A DNA stretch of 63,727 bases, filler included, from Octopus bimaculoides (lineage: Eukaryota), in assembly GCF_001194135.2 (NCBI RefSeq). It is 8 parts of 8 records of this genome, joined end to end, with 100 filler letters (N's around TTAATTAATTAA, not from the genome) between each part and the next. Parts side by side here need not be neighbours in the genome. Positions count along the whole stretch, not along the records: positions 28,044 to 43,133 come from NC_069001.1; positions 43,234 to 52,769 come from NC_068983.1; positions 52,870 to 60,098 come from NC_068990.1; 5 more parts are not named here. One strand, given 5' to 3'. Under the pieces are notes generated by a model. That model was not told the origin of the DNA and made no database searches. It was given only the letters and a program-made list of their open reading frames with translations. Within the stretch, counting starts at the first letter, position 1; the number at the start of each line of letters is the position of its first letter. The translations under genes were made by a program, and so were the position numbers. This document shows positions 40,330 to 54,213 of this stretch, one piece after another.

Positions 40330-40590
40330 GACCAAACCAGAGAGATGAAGAGACTGTGGAAGACGAAGGTGATGACTTTCCCTGAAGTAATTGGTACTCT
40401 TGGAGCAACATCCAAATTTCTAGCCAAAGGACTGTAGGATATTGGAATTGAAACATGGTATTGTCAACCACCAGAAAAGTGGCATTCCTCTATTCTGCAA
40501 GAATCTGAAGAAAGATTCTTAAGATTAGAGGAGACTTGTTGTCACCAGATCTCAAGACAACAACCTTACAAACTAATAAAACATGTAAAA
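40330..40590 (+). mobile_element. R4/Dong-like 3' end
   Basis: EMKRLWKTKVMTFPEVIGTLGATSK, resembling EIxRLW...PVVIGxLG, followed by a UTR. Confidence 0.65.
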
Positions 40591-43074
40591 GTTTATTGAG
40601 GAATAATAATTGTAAAGACAGGAAAGAAATTAAAAAATATTTTAAAGTCTGCATGCAAAATTACAAAAGATATGATGTTCAAAAGAGTTCTGGTTTGTGT
40701 TTGATTTAAATAGCGATTTGCCAGGAGTTCTCTCAGATGAAGTGCGCAAGTTCTTTCATAGCTGATCAACAAACTATGAAGCCTGTGAGGACAATTTCCT
40801 TTATTCATTTATTTTTTCTGTGTACACAGATTATAACAATATATTCACACCTGTTTAAATTTTCACAACAAAAGCTTCAAAATAAATTGTCATAAATATC
40901 ACTTCCTTGGTTTCTTTAGTAACAAAGCAGCAGTCAAACTTTTCAAATTAGCACAACAAATCAGTGAAAATTTGTCTAATTTAACAAACTGCTTATGACA
41001 TGTTATTACAATGTGTTGAGATTTAGGTGCCTTTAAAAAAAGACAACTATTGCTGTTATCAGAGATATCAATCAGTGAATGACTAAGAGTTTTTTTTTTT
41101 TAGCACAATAACACGCTCGGTAAAGACAACACAGATTGGCCCAATTTGTAGAATATGTCATAGATATGTAAGATATGGCAGTGAAAAGTGGTAGACTCTT
41201 TGTTGTATAATATTTTGTGCACAAACACTTGTCATTTATTACATGCTCTGTTTCCAACAGAAGTCAATTTAAGCTTTCCAATCATTGCTTTAAGAGCTTT
41301 GAACTGAAGAAGGCATTTATCGACATGTTTTGTGATTTTTCTCAACTAGTTCTATGTTACAAATTAGATATGGAGGAGAGCAGAAGAAAGTCGACAGAGG
41401 TAAAAGGTTGTAATAAGATTTAAAACATGTGACAAAGAGATTAAATATCTCAGTTGTTGAAGGTTTTAAATTAAGAGATTAATACGACTTCTATGATCTC
41501 TATTAAATATGTCACATATAGACTAAGTATATTTCAGATCATCATTAAAAATTGACTGCTGCCGTGTATTTTGTATCCTGCACAACAAGAATGGCATTAA
41601 CCTCAGATGACATTAGATAAAGGAGATTCAGAGCTAAGAAAAATAATATTAATGCATTTGTTTGTTGAAAATTGCCAACCACAGAAGACCAAAGTTTAAG
41701 TGGAGAATCGTAACTTTGAACCCGTGTTGTTATCATATTTCTCTTGAAATACAATTATTCTGTTTCGATTAATTTTGAAAAAGAGAAACAATTTAGCAAA
41801 TAACTTTATCGTTATTAAACTAGAGTTTGGGGCATAAAGAATCACAAAATGTTAATGGAAGGTTTTCTTCTCTAAGGTTGCTTAAAGACAGGAAATTTGT
41901 ATGATAGACTAAAAAAATAAATACTGGGGGTTGATTTGTTCGACTAAACGCTAAAGGGCAGTACCCCAGCATGGCCACAGTCCAATGACTGAAACAATTA
42001 AAAGTTAAAGGGATGTATGTATGTATGGTGTGGATTTCAATGGGGAGGGCCACCTCGATTATTAAATTCAATCCTGTAGTAACCAAAAAGAGAGAAAACT
42101 CCCACAAAATTGAAATAAAAGATAAGAATTAGAAGTGCATGAAGCGGATGGGGAGAGGAGGGTTTCAAAACCTGTCAACCACCATTGGCAATCATCATCA
42201 TCATCATCACAATGTATATATATATATATATGGGGCGTGTGTGTGTGGGGGGGTATGTGTGGTGTCATGCAGAACATGTAATATAATATGGTGATAAAAT
42301 ATGTGATTCACCAATGACTGGGGAAATAGTTTTGTAGTAGTAGTAGTAGTAGTAGTAGTAGAAATGGTGGTGGAAATCATCATCATCATCATCATGGTGG
42401 TATTCATTGTTTACCCTACAATCCCATCCCACAAGCCTCAAATCAAAGGCATTCCAACCATGACCATCCTGTCTTTTTTCTTCTTTCTTTTTCTTTTATC
42501 GGTAACTACAGTCTCCAGTGTATCTTTCTGACTGTGACTTCATGTAAATTTGACTGCTATTTCTAGCAGATTAAGCAACAACTGTACGACAGACATTTTC
42601 AAGCATAAGACACACCTGGAGTGCACAAGTGTGTCACATATGGGCCAGAGATGTGCTACCAATTGAAAAAAACAAATGCCAGGAGACAAATGCTTTGTTT
42701 CTGATTGCTTTTGTTCAGATATGTGGGGGCAGGTTTTCTCCCCAATGAATCCTTCACCTCCTGGCTACTATTTCAAGCTGTAGCTGCACCTGGCCTTATT
42801 ACCTGGCTTAATCAATGTCTTAAGCCAGAAAGGTGGCAAGCTGGTAGAAACATCAGCATGCCAGGTGAAATGCTTGTCTGTCTTTACATTCTGAATTCAA
42901 ATTCTGCTTCAACCTTGACCTTCAGCAATAATTTAAATTCCATTCCCGTGACATGTTTTCCCAATCAAGCATCAGGATGCATATCAGTGTGAACAAATGT
43001 GGGTTTGTTCTAAGATATCGAATGATTTAGTTTCCTAGAATTATACTTCCATTGCATTCTATTTCCTGTGCAAT

Positions 43075-43127
<53 letters not shown>

Positions 43128-43233
43128 CAAGTCNNNNNNNNNNNNNNNNNNNNNNNNNNNNNNNNNNNNNNNNNNNNTTAATTAATTAANNNNNNNNNNN
43201 NNNNNNNNNNNNNNNNNNNNNNNNNNNNNNNNN

Positions 43234-43625
43234 AGTTAAGGATGTTGTAGCTGTAGCTTATAACTGGGACCGCTAAAGTGTTGATACCCATTATCTTGTT
43301 TTTAGCATTGAACTCTGTTTTTAGTATTGATCTAACTCGTCAATAGCATTCTTTCTTTATTTTTTCTTTCATTTGTGTATGTTGTATCCTATCTAGTTCA
43401 TTGACTCCTAAATATTTGTATGGTTGGCTTTCGTCTAGTTCTCTTATTTCATTGGCTTTATCTAGTGTTATATTGCTACTTTTAACTAATTTTCCTCTTT
43501 TCAGGGTTGCTTTGGCACATTTTTCTAATCCGAATTTCATATCTATTTCCTTGGTAAAGCCATATACTGTCTGTAATAGTGTTTCTAGCTCTTTGTCATT
43601 TTTTGCGTATAATTTTACGTCATCC

Positions 43626-43628
<3 letters not shown>
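43234..43628 (-). mobile_element. 5'-truncated R4/Dong-like RT fragment adjoining (TAA)n
   Basis: DDVKLYAKNDKELETLLQTVYGFTKEIDMKFGLEKCA...YKYLGV...KEKIKKECY*RVRSILKTEFNAKNKIMGINTLAVPVISYS. The 5' edge joins the ATT array directly. Confidence 0.9.
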
Positions 43629-43687
<59 letters not shown>

Positions 43688-44110
43688 CATTATGTTGAAT
43701 AAACTTATAATTAACTGATCCTCCTGTAATTTCTGTTACCCAAAGCCAGGAGCTTTTCAGCACCCCTCGTACTTTTTGACTTGAATAAATTAGGCATACA
43801 ATGCTGTTCATGCAGAAGAAAATACGAAATATCTGACGTATTTGAACCTAGATTTAAGGTCAATTTAAACATTGATCCTTGGTCATTCATTACGTATATG
43901 TATATTGAAATTTCACAAAGAATTCTTCTCTGATACATGAGCAATTATTACCATACAGAGAAAATCATTCTGAAATATGACGATTGCGCCATTGATATTG
44001 ATAATACAACAATATGATAAATAATACAAATATAAAGTGCAGTAACAAACCATTATATTTATCACACATGTGGAAAAGTGACTTCCATATACGTATATGT
44101 GTGTCTATGC

Positions 44111-44141
<31 letters not shown>

Positions 44142-44875
44142 CATACAAACACACATATGTATCCATATGCATGTATGTATGTGTATGTTTATCATTAATG
44201 CGTTCCAGGTTTTGGAATATTTCTTTGTCATTCTTAATTTGAATATTTTCTTTTAGAATTAGAATTCCTATTTCTTATACTTCAAGCTTCTGAATTGCAA
44301 TTTACTTTATATTTTAATTTCATATTTCTTATTTTTCTTTTCTTTCTTTCTCCTCGCAATTTTTCTAACATCCTTTTCCTCCACTGAATTCAAGAGCCTA
44401 CTTTTTTCTACAGTAGAAATTGATTGATTTTAATTTGTTTTGTTCTTTTATCATACATGTATGTGTATGTGCGTATGTATATATGTATATGCATGTATGG
44501 TATGAAAATATGCACGTGTGCGCGAATGTACGTATATATATATATATATANNNNNNNNNNNNNNNNNNNNNNNNNNNNNNNNNNNNNNNNNNNNNNNNNN
44601 NNNNNNNNNNNNNNNNNNNNNNNNNNNNNNNNNNNNNNNNNNNNNNNNNNNNNNNNNNNNNNNNNNNNNNNNNNNNNNNNNNNNNNNNNNNNNNNNNNNN
44701 NNNNNNNNNNNNNNNNNNNNNNNNNNNNNNNNNNNNNNNNNNNNNNNNNNNNNNNNNNNNNNNNNNNNNNNNNNNNNNNNNNNNNNNNNNNNNNNNNNNN
44801 NNNNNNNNNNNNNNNNNNNNNNNNNNNNNNNNNNNNNNNNNNNATATGTATATATATGTATATATATATATATAT

Positions 44876-44925
<50 letters not shown>

Positions 44926-45605
44926 GTATGTATATATATGTGTGTGTGTATGTATGTATGTATGCATATGTGTGTGTATTTGTGTGTGTGCGTGTGTGGT
45001 ATTGCTCACCGCATAGTAGCACTCAATTAAAGGCCCATTAGTTAGGATGGACTGGTTTCGCATCTAATTTTATCGACTCGTTAACTTATGACTATCATTA
45101 GACGCAACTGAAAGAAATATCGGAAGTGTAGAGTTATCATCACTTGTGTGTTACTATGCACTAGAAGAGAATGTGAAGAGCAAAATGTTCATGATGTGGA
45201 ACTCGGTCAGCCAGTCTGCTGCATGACAATTTAAAATGCTTCTATTTAGATTTCACCTGAAATTCTGTAATAGATACGATAACAATTGTTTATAATGAGG
45301 AGAAGGGGAATGTGGGAGATAATGTATCAATGGTATTATATGTGATGATAATTTATTTTGACAAAGCATAATACTGGCTGGTTACGTTTGGGGGAGAAGT
45401 AGAACTGACTGAAACGCTCACAGTGTATTACTGTACGTAATTCCCTTGATTTGAGGGTGATAAAAGATAAAGCGAACACCTGCAGAACTTGATTTGAAAA
45501 TCAAGTGAAACCAGATAAAATTCTACAATGATATACTGACGTTAGCAAGTTATACCTTCCTCAACTACAGCAACAACAGCGAGGAGAAAGATGATGACTG
45601 CGACA

Positions 45606-45692
<87 letters not shown>

Positions 45693-45734
45693 TAATAATA
45701 GTAATAATAATAATAACGATGATGATGATATTCC

Positions 45735-45942
45735 TTTCTACTATAGGCACAAGGCCCGAAATTTGTGAGGAGGTGACCAGTCGATTAGATCGATCCCATT
45801 ATGCAGCTGGTACTTAACGTATCGACCCTGAAAGGGTGAAAGGTAATATCGACCTCGGCATGAATTCAGAACGTAAGGACAGAGGAGATGTTGCTAAGCA
45901 TTCTGCCCGGCATGCTAACGATTCTGCGAGCTCGCCGCCTTC
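45735..45942 (-). mobile_element. Family A SINE
   Basis: Matches the family A consensus with an intact head. Confidence 0.85.
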
Positions 45943-45978
45943 ATAATAATAATAATAATAATAACAACGATGATGATG

Positions 45979-46057
<79 letters not shown>

Positions 46058-46059
<2 letters not shown>

Positions 46060-46392
46060 TTCAGTCCCACTGCGTGGCACCTTGGACAAGTGTCTTCTAC
46101 TATAGCCTCGAGCCGACTAAAGCTTTGTGAGTGGATTTGGTAGACGGAAACTGAAAGAAGCTCGTCGGATATATGTATGTGTGTGTGTGTGTGTGTTTTT
46201 ACCCCCAACATCGCTTCACATGCGATGCTAGTGTGTTTACTTCCCCGTAACTTAGCGGTTCGGCAAAAAGAGACCGATAAAATAAGTGCTACGCTTCCAA
46301 CGAATAAGTCCTGGAGTCGATTTGCTCGACTAAAAGGTGGTGCTCCAGCATGGCCGCAGCCAAATAACTGAAACAAGTAAAAGAATAAAAGA
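46058..46392 (+). mobile_element. Family B SINE, 5'-clipped
   Basis: CORE-like segment and full 3' tail. Confidence 0.85.
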
Positions 46393-46395
46393 ATC

Positions 46396-46572
46396 GAAAA
46401 ATACCTTAGGAATGAGAACCCAGGTTGGAAATTTCCCCAAGACACCTGATGAAGGCTGGAGGGTATATTAGCCGAAATGTGTTAACAACAAACAAGATGA
46501 GGACAAATATCCGTCAAATGTAAATAATATATATAATGTACATAATTCTTCGTCTCTTAAATATAGAACTGT
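46396..46572 (+). mobile_element. Penelope pseudo-LTR-like repeat with a minimal hammerhead (46441-46483); second copy at about 48775-48955(-)
   Basis: The two copies align along their length. GACAC-CTGATGA-AGGCTG..TAGCC-GAAA-TGTGTT. Confidence 0.75.
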
Positions 46573-46699
46573 ATTAAAGGGGTTTTCTCAAAATTATATT
46601 GATTCAGTCACTTTCCCTACACAGAAAATAACAACAACATAAAATCAATACAATTTGAACCCGTTTCATTCAGCTAAAATTAAAAGAAGTACGAACATT

Positions 46700-48420
46700 G
46701 AGTTTGATGCATATAACGTTCGTAAAATAATCGCCAGAAACCAATAAATCAAGCACATGACGAAAATGAAGATAATCTAAATATAGGACCCAGAATTTTC
46801 TTCTCAAGTTCTGTAAACAAAACTTAATAGACATAAATGGAAATGTAAAGAATACGTTTGTAAAAGATTCACTCTACCAAAACGAAAAAGAAGAACTACA
46901 ATTTAGAAACAAAAATAATCCTGATTTAAATGCAAAGTTACATGGCAAAAGACCTGTTACTACATTCCTGAAAGTAAAAAAAAAAATATGCATTAACAAT
47001 CGAAATACAAGACATTAAAGAAAACTTACAGAGGGAAAATACAAACAGCCCATAATGAATTCGAAAAAAGAAACCATTGAGAAAGTAAACAATGAAGGTA
47101 GACCCAACACGTTTATAATAAATTAAACAGAAAACACATTAAAACTAGACCCTGGAATACCTATAGAATACTGAACTAAGAATACAAAACTGCAGCAAGA
47201 CAAATATGAATAAAACGCATTATAAGGAAGATTTAAGAGTAGAAAATTCTAAAGTTGGAAATCATATATATGACAATAATCTAAACGTTGAAATAAACAA
47301 TTAAAATCAATAGAATCTCTAATAGATGATAAAATAGTAACTGCCCATTAAACGCAACTATGACCATCACAGACTTAAAGATAAAGACATTTGCATCAAT
47401 ATGACCAGCTTAAACGAAATAGCATACAAAGCAGCTGCAGTAGTTACAAAGAGGAACATGTGCTTCTTCAGATTCACTTATACAGAAATACCAAGATTCA
47501 AGGAAATAATAAGGTAATGCAAGCATATGACATTAATTAGAAATAAAAAGAAAGCTCTCTCGGATCTTTTTTAAAACGGGGGCCACATTTTTCATTAACG
47601 AAACACTTTCAAACTTGGAACACTGGTAGAATGTGTCATATAAAACATCTTTTTCTCTTAGTCTTCTTTAAAAAAAAAGAAATCCCTAAGTTATTCCATG
47701 TTAAAGTTGTCGTATTTCTGTAATTTCAACCAATCACTGACGTCCATTCAGCCGATATACTTTAAGTGCCGACTACATAAACAAACGATTCTGAAATAAT
47801 TCTATCGGTGATAGGGTTAGGGTTAGGGTTAGGGTAAAACAGCAAATTTAAAAAGAAAAAAGCAAATAAAACAAAGAAAAAAAAAAGAAAATGAAAAAAG
47901 CAAATTTAAAATGAAAAAAGCAAATAAAACGAAGCTATGGCTTAATCAGCCAAAGGAGTAAATGTAAACAACTGAATACTTGTCAGTGATTGGTTGAAAT
48001 TATCGAAATAAGACAATTTTTTACATGAAATAAATTCGAATACAAAAATATTTTTCTGTTCTATAACACAAAATAGATAAGTATACGAAGTTTGAAAGTC
48101 TTTCGGTACCAAAAACACTACGTAAAACATTAATGAAAAATGTGGCCCCCGTTTTAAAAAAGATCCGCTCTCTCTATACTTGATGAAATCTTTTACGCAA
48201 ACTAACATCCGGGAAAAGCTTATTTCTAGAAGAGCAGAACAGATGCAGCAACGGTTCATATAATCATAAGGATGAATAACTAAAAACTGTAGAAGGAAGA
48301 CAGAAGCGTTTGACGTAGATTGACAACCAGAACCATTTTGACGATGTTAGCCTCGTGTGGATCCTGGACACCTTAGCGAAACAGAAAGCAACGCGATAAT
48401 AAGCAGCTACATTAAACAAG
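46700..48420 (+). mobile_element. Highly degraded R4-like ORF (N-terminal region to RT motif), interrupted by a MITE
   Basis: MTSLNEIAYKAAAVVT at about 47400-47450 and IDNQNHFDDVSLVWILDTL at about 48320-48375 (resembles IDYxKAFDSVPHxWILxxL). Confidence 0.45.
47561..48167. mobile_element. Non-autonomous DNA transposon (MITE) with perfect 38-bp TIRs and an internal (TTAGGG) run
   Basis: CGGATCTTTTTTAAAACGGGGGCCACATTTTTCATTAA at 47561-47598 and its exact reverse complement at 48130-48167. Further subterminal inverted blocks. CTCTCT on both flanks may be a TSD. Confidence 0.9.
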
Positions 48421-48953
48421 TAGTGTATAAATGGCAAATAATTTTGCAGATAAAGAATATGGAGCGTCTCTCCTCGTTATTTCTTTCATTTCAGTTGCTC
48501 CTTGAAACAATATGTTAAATCAAATTAGTATCTGATGTAAATATAATTGTAAACAACCACAAATTATTATATGAACACAATGAGAATGAAATAATGTACA
48601 TGAGGTACAGATTAGACAATCATTACAATGAGAGAACTAACTATTTCTAGTTGTGCACTCTTTTCATGGGTTTAGTATGTGAATATATTTGATCAAGTCA
48701 GCGTTATGCCTAATGGCTAATGAGTAATATGTCGACATATTCACATAAAGATAGGTAACAAGTGATACAAAACAGTTCTATATTTAAGAGATGAGGAATT
48801 ATGTACATTATTTACATTATTTACATTCGACGGATATTTGTCCTCATCTTGTTTGTTGTTAATACAACGTTTCGGCTGATATACTCTCCAGCCTTCTTCA
48901 TGTGTCTTGGGGAAACTTTGATCCTGGGTTCTCATTCTGAAGGTATTTTTCGA

Positions 48954-49244
<291 letters not shown>

Positions 49245-49250
49245 TAATAA

Positions 49251-49695
49251 CATTGTGATAGATAAAGGAAAAAAGGAAACCAAGATTATAGATATTGCAA
49301 TACTGGGGATGCAAGCGTAAGTGACAAAGAACTAGAAAAGATTGTAAAGTACAGACTACTAAAGACGAAATTTCAAGAATGTGGACTATGAGGAGAGTCT
49401 CAGTCATCCCATTAGTTGTTGGGGTTCTCAGAGCAGTAACAACCAAGTTCAAGAAATGTCAGAGAAATCGGAATTGACATGAAAGTAGAGCAAGACCAAA
49501 AATGTGCTCTTGGGTCTAGCTATGATCTTGAGATTGGTACTTGGATGTTAAACGCTTTCTACAATAATTAACATCCAGTTATTAAAGTTTATGTGCGGAA
49601 AGAGACCCTCTGAGACCTCTGAAAACAGGCTGCTGTCCGCTGTCACAGAATCAACCAATGCAAACAAGACCGAGCGCTCTGAGAAGAAAAAGAAT
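49251..49695 (+). mobile_element. R4/Dong-like RLE domain and 3' UTR
   Basis: IVIDKGKKETKIIDIAI..DASVSDKELEKIVKY..LKDEISRMWTMRRVSVIPLVVGVL (PD-D/ExK type, across frameshifts). Starts at a TAA array and ends in AATAATAATAA. Confidence 0.85.
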
Positions 49696-50957
49696 AATAA
49701 TAAAATGGCAACAACAACAACCACAATAATAAAAATAGTAATAATAATAATAATAACATGGTCATGATAACAATAAAAAGAAGAAGAAAAGGAACAACAG
49801 CTTCCACAACAACATTAGTAATATATTTGAATACATTTTAACCACAAGTATATTGTGTCTGTCTTGTACATATAGATGTATGTACATTCGGATATGGAGT
49901 AGCTTGTCTCTTTGCTTGGCTGATTGTTGTTGATGTTTTCACACAGCCCACATCAGCTTTTATCAAGCAGATCTAAAACAAGCGATATATAAACCGATCA
50001 GGCAGCTTGCTTTTCATAAAGCAAACCAAAAATTTTGACATCTTTAAAAATAGCATCAAATATTTGAAGTACTATGAATATACCAACAATAAAGTCATGG
50101 CGGCCATATTGCAAAATAAGGATGAACTGAATGCTTTATTCTCACTCAGCAATCTCCTTAATATAGCATAACCTGATTACATTAAATCAGGATAGCCGTG
50201 ATCTTCAACAAAGGGCACATAAGTGAATGTAGTCTAGGATTAGCATTGTCTGAAAAAGACGAGGTGTTTATAGCTGGAATGGCCTTTAAGTCACAGGTCT
50301 TCTCGATCGGAACGTGATTTGGGGGCTACACAGCAACAAAAAACAGGTACAACAAAGCTATATATAACATTATGCTGACAGCAATTGATAATAATGGATC
50401 CAAGCAAAAAAGCAGAAATCAAATGCACAATGACTTGAGACTTTTTAGAAACATAATCTACCTTTAAAAGCCAAAATGCATTACGATAAAAGTTTATGGA
50501 TATTTCTAATATATCCAACGAATAATCTAGATCCAGGCATCACTGAATTTTATATAATTTGATATGCACATATGAGCAAAATAATTTGTTTCCTTTTGAA
50601 ATGGTACTTGATTTTTTGAGTAAGAAAATAGAAAAAAACTCTGTTCGGCTATATTTATTTGCATAAATTGCTAATAGTTGACTACCGAAAAACATACAAT
50701 CTGGTGAGCTATTACATGATGTAACATTCAGTTATCGTAGGCGCAAGTTAAGGAAGGTCTTCAGAAGCACAACCTCTTTCATTTTGTTAAGCCTGAGGAT
50801 TCCCAGAATGAGCCGGTAGTCAGTAGCCACTTAGAGAAGCATAACAGAAAAGAAAACGTTTTTGAAAATACTGCAAAAGCCAGTGTCCTAAAATTACTAT
50901 ATAATGCTCAACTACACCCATAATTGTTTATCATGGGATAGTTCATGATGAATATTG

Positions 50958-51170
50958 GTTTCAAATTTTGGCACAAGGCCAGCAATTTCGGGGCAGAGGC
51001 TAAGTCGATTACAACGAACCTAGAGTTCAACTGGTACTTATTTTATCGACTGCGAAAGGAAGAAAGGCAAAAATCAACCTCATCAGAATTTGAATTCAGA
51101 ACGTAGTCGGTCAAATTGCCGATCATCATTTTGGCTTGCGTGCTAACAATTCAACCAACTCGCCGCTTTG
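50958..51170 (-). mobile_element. Family A SINE
   Basis: Matches the family A consensus. Confidence 0.8.
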
Positions 51171-51495
51171 TCCATGATAAATATTACATTCGTGGCTTAA
51201 CAAGGCTACCTTTGGTTTCATGCTGAGAATTTTGACGAATTATTAAGCCTGCCTCCATGTGACGTTGGTACTCGTCTCTATCTAGAATATATAATTTTTA
51301 ATTTGTTTATTCATTTGTTTATTCCATTGTTCAACACTTGCCATTCTTGACATTAACTGGTGTTTCTTTACCTTGCAAAAGGATAACATGTTTTACACGT
51401 GTTGGAAACGGGGATTTGTTGACGTGAAGTCAACATAGATTTCAGCAATCGTTCTTAGAAATATAAAGAAACCTACACGCGTACGTATAAGCACA

Positions 51496-51543
<48 letters not shown>

Positions 51544-51639
51544 TGCATGTACAAAGTGGAAGGAATGAGCAACCGGAATATTCGGTGAAGTAGAACGCCA
51601 GTGGTCAATTCTCTGAAAGGTGCTGATTGCTTCATCAGG

Positions 51640-52470
51640 GTTAATGCTGGTGGACGTTCCAAGGCTACATTAGGAAAGGAGGAAAGAGCCACTGTCAGAG
51701 ATTGTGAAGAAGTCACGCTGCTCTTCTGTTTCCAAAATCAAGGCATCAGCAGGAATAGGAGCCTCGATATCCACCGTAGAAGAGTGATTTTGAACCTTGA
51801 TTTCCACTTGAAGAAGCGGTTAGGACGTCCGATATTGTCTCCTTCACACAAAGCTGTTAGATTGGAGTTTGCTCAGCAACATCAGATGTGGGATGGTGAA
51901 TGGGCCATGGTTCTACTCTCTGATGGGAAAAAATGGAATTTGGATGGCCCAACGCTTATAAGTATTACCGCGCATATACAAAATTCTACTTATTCAAAGT
52001 GGCTGAATAGCAGAGGAGGTCTTATGGTCTGGGGAGCAATATCTGCCAAAGGAAGCTGCCACTTGTCATCATGAATGGCCGTTTCAATGCAGCACAATAC
52101 ATGGATATATCGGACAGTCTCACATTGACGAAGAAGGAAGAAGGCTCCATGCTGAGAACTTCATATTTCAACAGAACAGTGCTCCTATTCATAAAGCAAA
52201 GGTAACTTTGCATTTCCTCTGTGCAACTGAGGCTGAATTCGTGCTATCGCCATCAAGAATTCCCAACCTTAATCGTATAGAGGGATATCTCACGAATGTT
52301 GTGTACAGCGAAGGCAAGCAGTATTCATCTGTTGATGAACTTGAAGCGGCAATAAAGAAAGCCTGGGAAGACCATCTACTTGATATACTGCAGAAGTTGA
52401 TTGCGAAATCGTTGAAATTGCGTGTCTTTGAAGTAATTCAAAATGGTGGTGGTCAAACACATTATTGTTG
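51640..52470 (+). pseudogene. Tc1/Tc3-like transposase relic
   Basis: VRLEFAQQH..W...VLLSDGKKWNLDGP, GGLMVWGAISAKG, FQQNSAPIHKAK, PSRIPNLNRIE, VYSEGKQYSSVDELEAAIKKAW. Frameshifts and deletions present; no TIRs identified. Confidence 0.88.
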
Positions 52471-53560
52471 ATGTATCGCATGAAAATATCATTGAAATAT
52501 ATCATAATTTCCCTGTTATGCATCATTTTTGCAACATTATTCAACCTGACGTTATAGTTTAGAACAGGGGGTTTCTGGTTCTGTATGCTGTTTTGAATTA
52601 TTACCTAATTTATTTTTGGATTTCAATAAATATGAATACTGCAACATTGCAATACCTTCTTTTATTCCATTTACTATCTAGAGGTGAGTTTCATTAATTT
52701 GGGTGGTATAGGTCGCCATAAAAAATCACACTGCTTTGGCTTTATAGATTTGAAGAGCAGTTTATATATNNNNNNNNNNNNNNNNNNNNNNNNNNNNNNN
52801 NNNNNNNNNNNNNTTAATTAATTAANNNNNNNNNNNNNNNNNNNNNNNNNNNNNNNNNNNNNNNNNNNNATTCATTCATTCACTGCTGATGTCATAGTCA
52901 AAGGCACCTACTACTACTTCCTTTACAGTGGTCAGTGAACAGGTGGAAGCAATAATGAAGAATGCTTTGATCATGTAAAGGAAATGACGGTTTGTCTCTT
53001 AATACCGATGGTGTAATAATGAACCGCTTGTATAGTCTATAAAATGCTTAGTGACAGGAAGGACAAGATGGATATATCCGGCTATGAAAATCAATCCCAG
53101 AATTACGTTTGAGTGCATCATTGTTTTTTCAAGTATTGTAAATGGATGCAAAATGCCAATGATGATCAGGATAGGTGTGTATATATACCACAATTAAAAA
53201 TTAAATTTAATTTAATCAAAATTAAAAAAGTGGCTTATTAGTGATTAGTTATTAGTGATTAGAAGGCAAGATTAAGAGAGGTCACAGAAGTGACAGCGGG
53301 TACTAACTTGTACCGCTTTTGTTAAAAATAAGAGTTAAAATAACTCAAAAGCACTGTCTTAATGACTGACAAAGGGAGGTACATAGCATTCATAGCTGGA
53401 TTGCAATTTTGGATTTTGATGTAAACCATTTTAATCTTCTTAACATCTAGCATTAAACTCAATTACTTCTCTCGGTTTTATAATAACACTGACAGATATA
53501 TTTTAACAGATATATTTACCACAATTACATAAAAATGTCTTGAAATACTAAAGAGTGAAT

Positions 53561-53886
53561 TTATTCAATAAAATTGCTATTGGCTTCAACCATGGCCTCC
53601 GGACGACTTTGGAATCTTTTGTAACTCTTCTGGATGGTCTCCTTGTTTAAGCTGTTGAATGCTGCCATAATTCTTGCTTTCAGTTCATCTTTGGTGTTAC
53701 AAGGAGTTTTGTTGGTCTCTTGCTCAACTGTGCCCCACACATAATAATGAAGTGGGTTGCTGTCTAGGGAGTTAGGTGGCCAGATATGAGGGGTGATGTG
53801 GTCGCAGAAATTGTCTCACAGACATGGCTGGGTTCTCCTGCTTGTGTGGCAAGGTGCAGAGTCTTGTTGTCAGACCATAGGCTGGT
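53561..53886 (-). pseudogene. DD37D (maT-like) transposase C-terminal fragment
   Basis: QQDSAPCHTSRRTQ...WPPNSLDSNPLHYYVWG...KDELKARI...EAMVEANSNFIE*. By my count 37 residues separate the second D from the third catalytic position (mutated to H). Confidence 0.88.
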
Positions 53887-54213
53887 GGTGGTGGCAGTGG
53901 TGGTTGTGGCGGCGGTGGCAGTAGTAGTAGTAGTAGTATGGGGGAATGCACTGTAACAGCACATTGCTACATCCACCGTCTGTCGGTGACTCCCTGCTCC
54001 CGGTGGATGACACCTTTGCACCACTCAGCAAACGACCCTTCAGCCCATGGGGTTCTGTTTGGGTAATCGTTGGCGGTGAGGGTTTTACAAGGTCAGAGTG
54101 AAAATCCTACCTCAACCTCCTGTAGTTACTTTCTGACACACAGAGGAAACGTTGGGTTTATTCTTTGGCATGCTGTAAATCCCCAAGTATCTACTAGTTT
54201 AGAAAATAATCAG

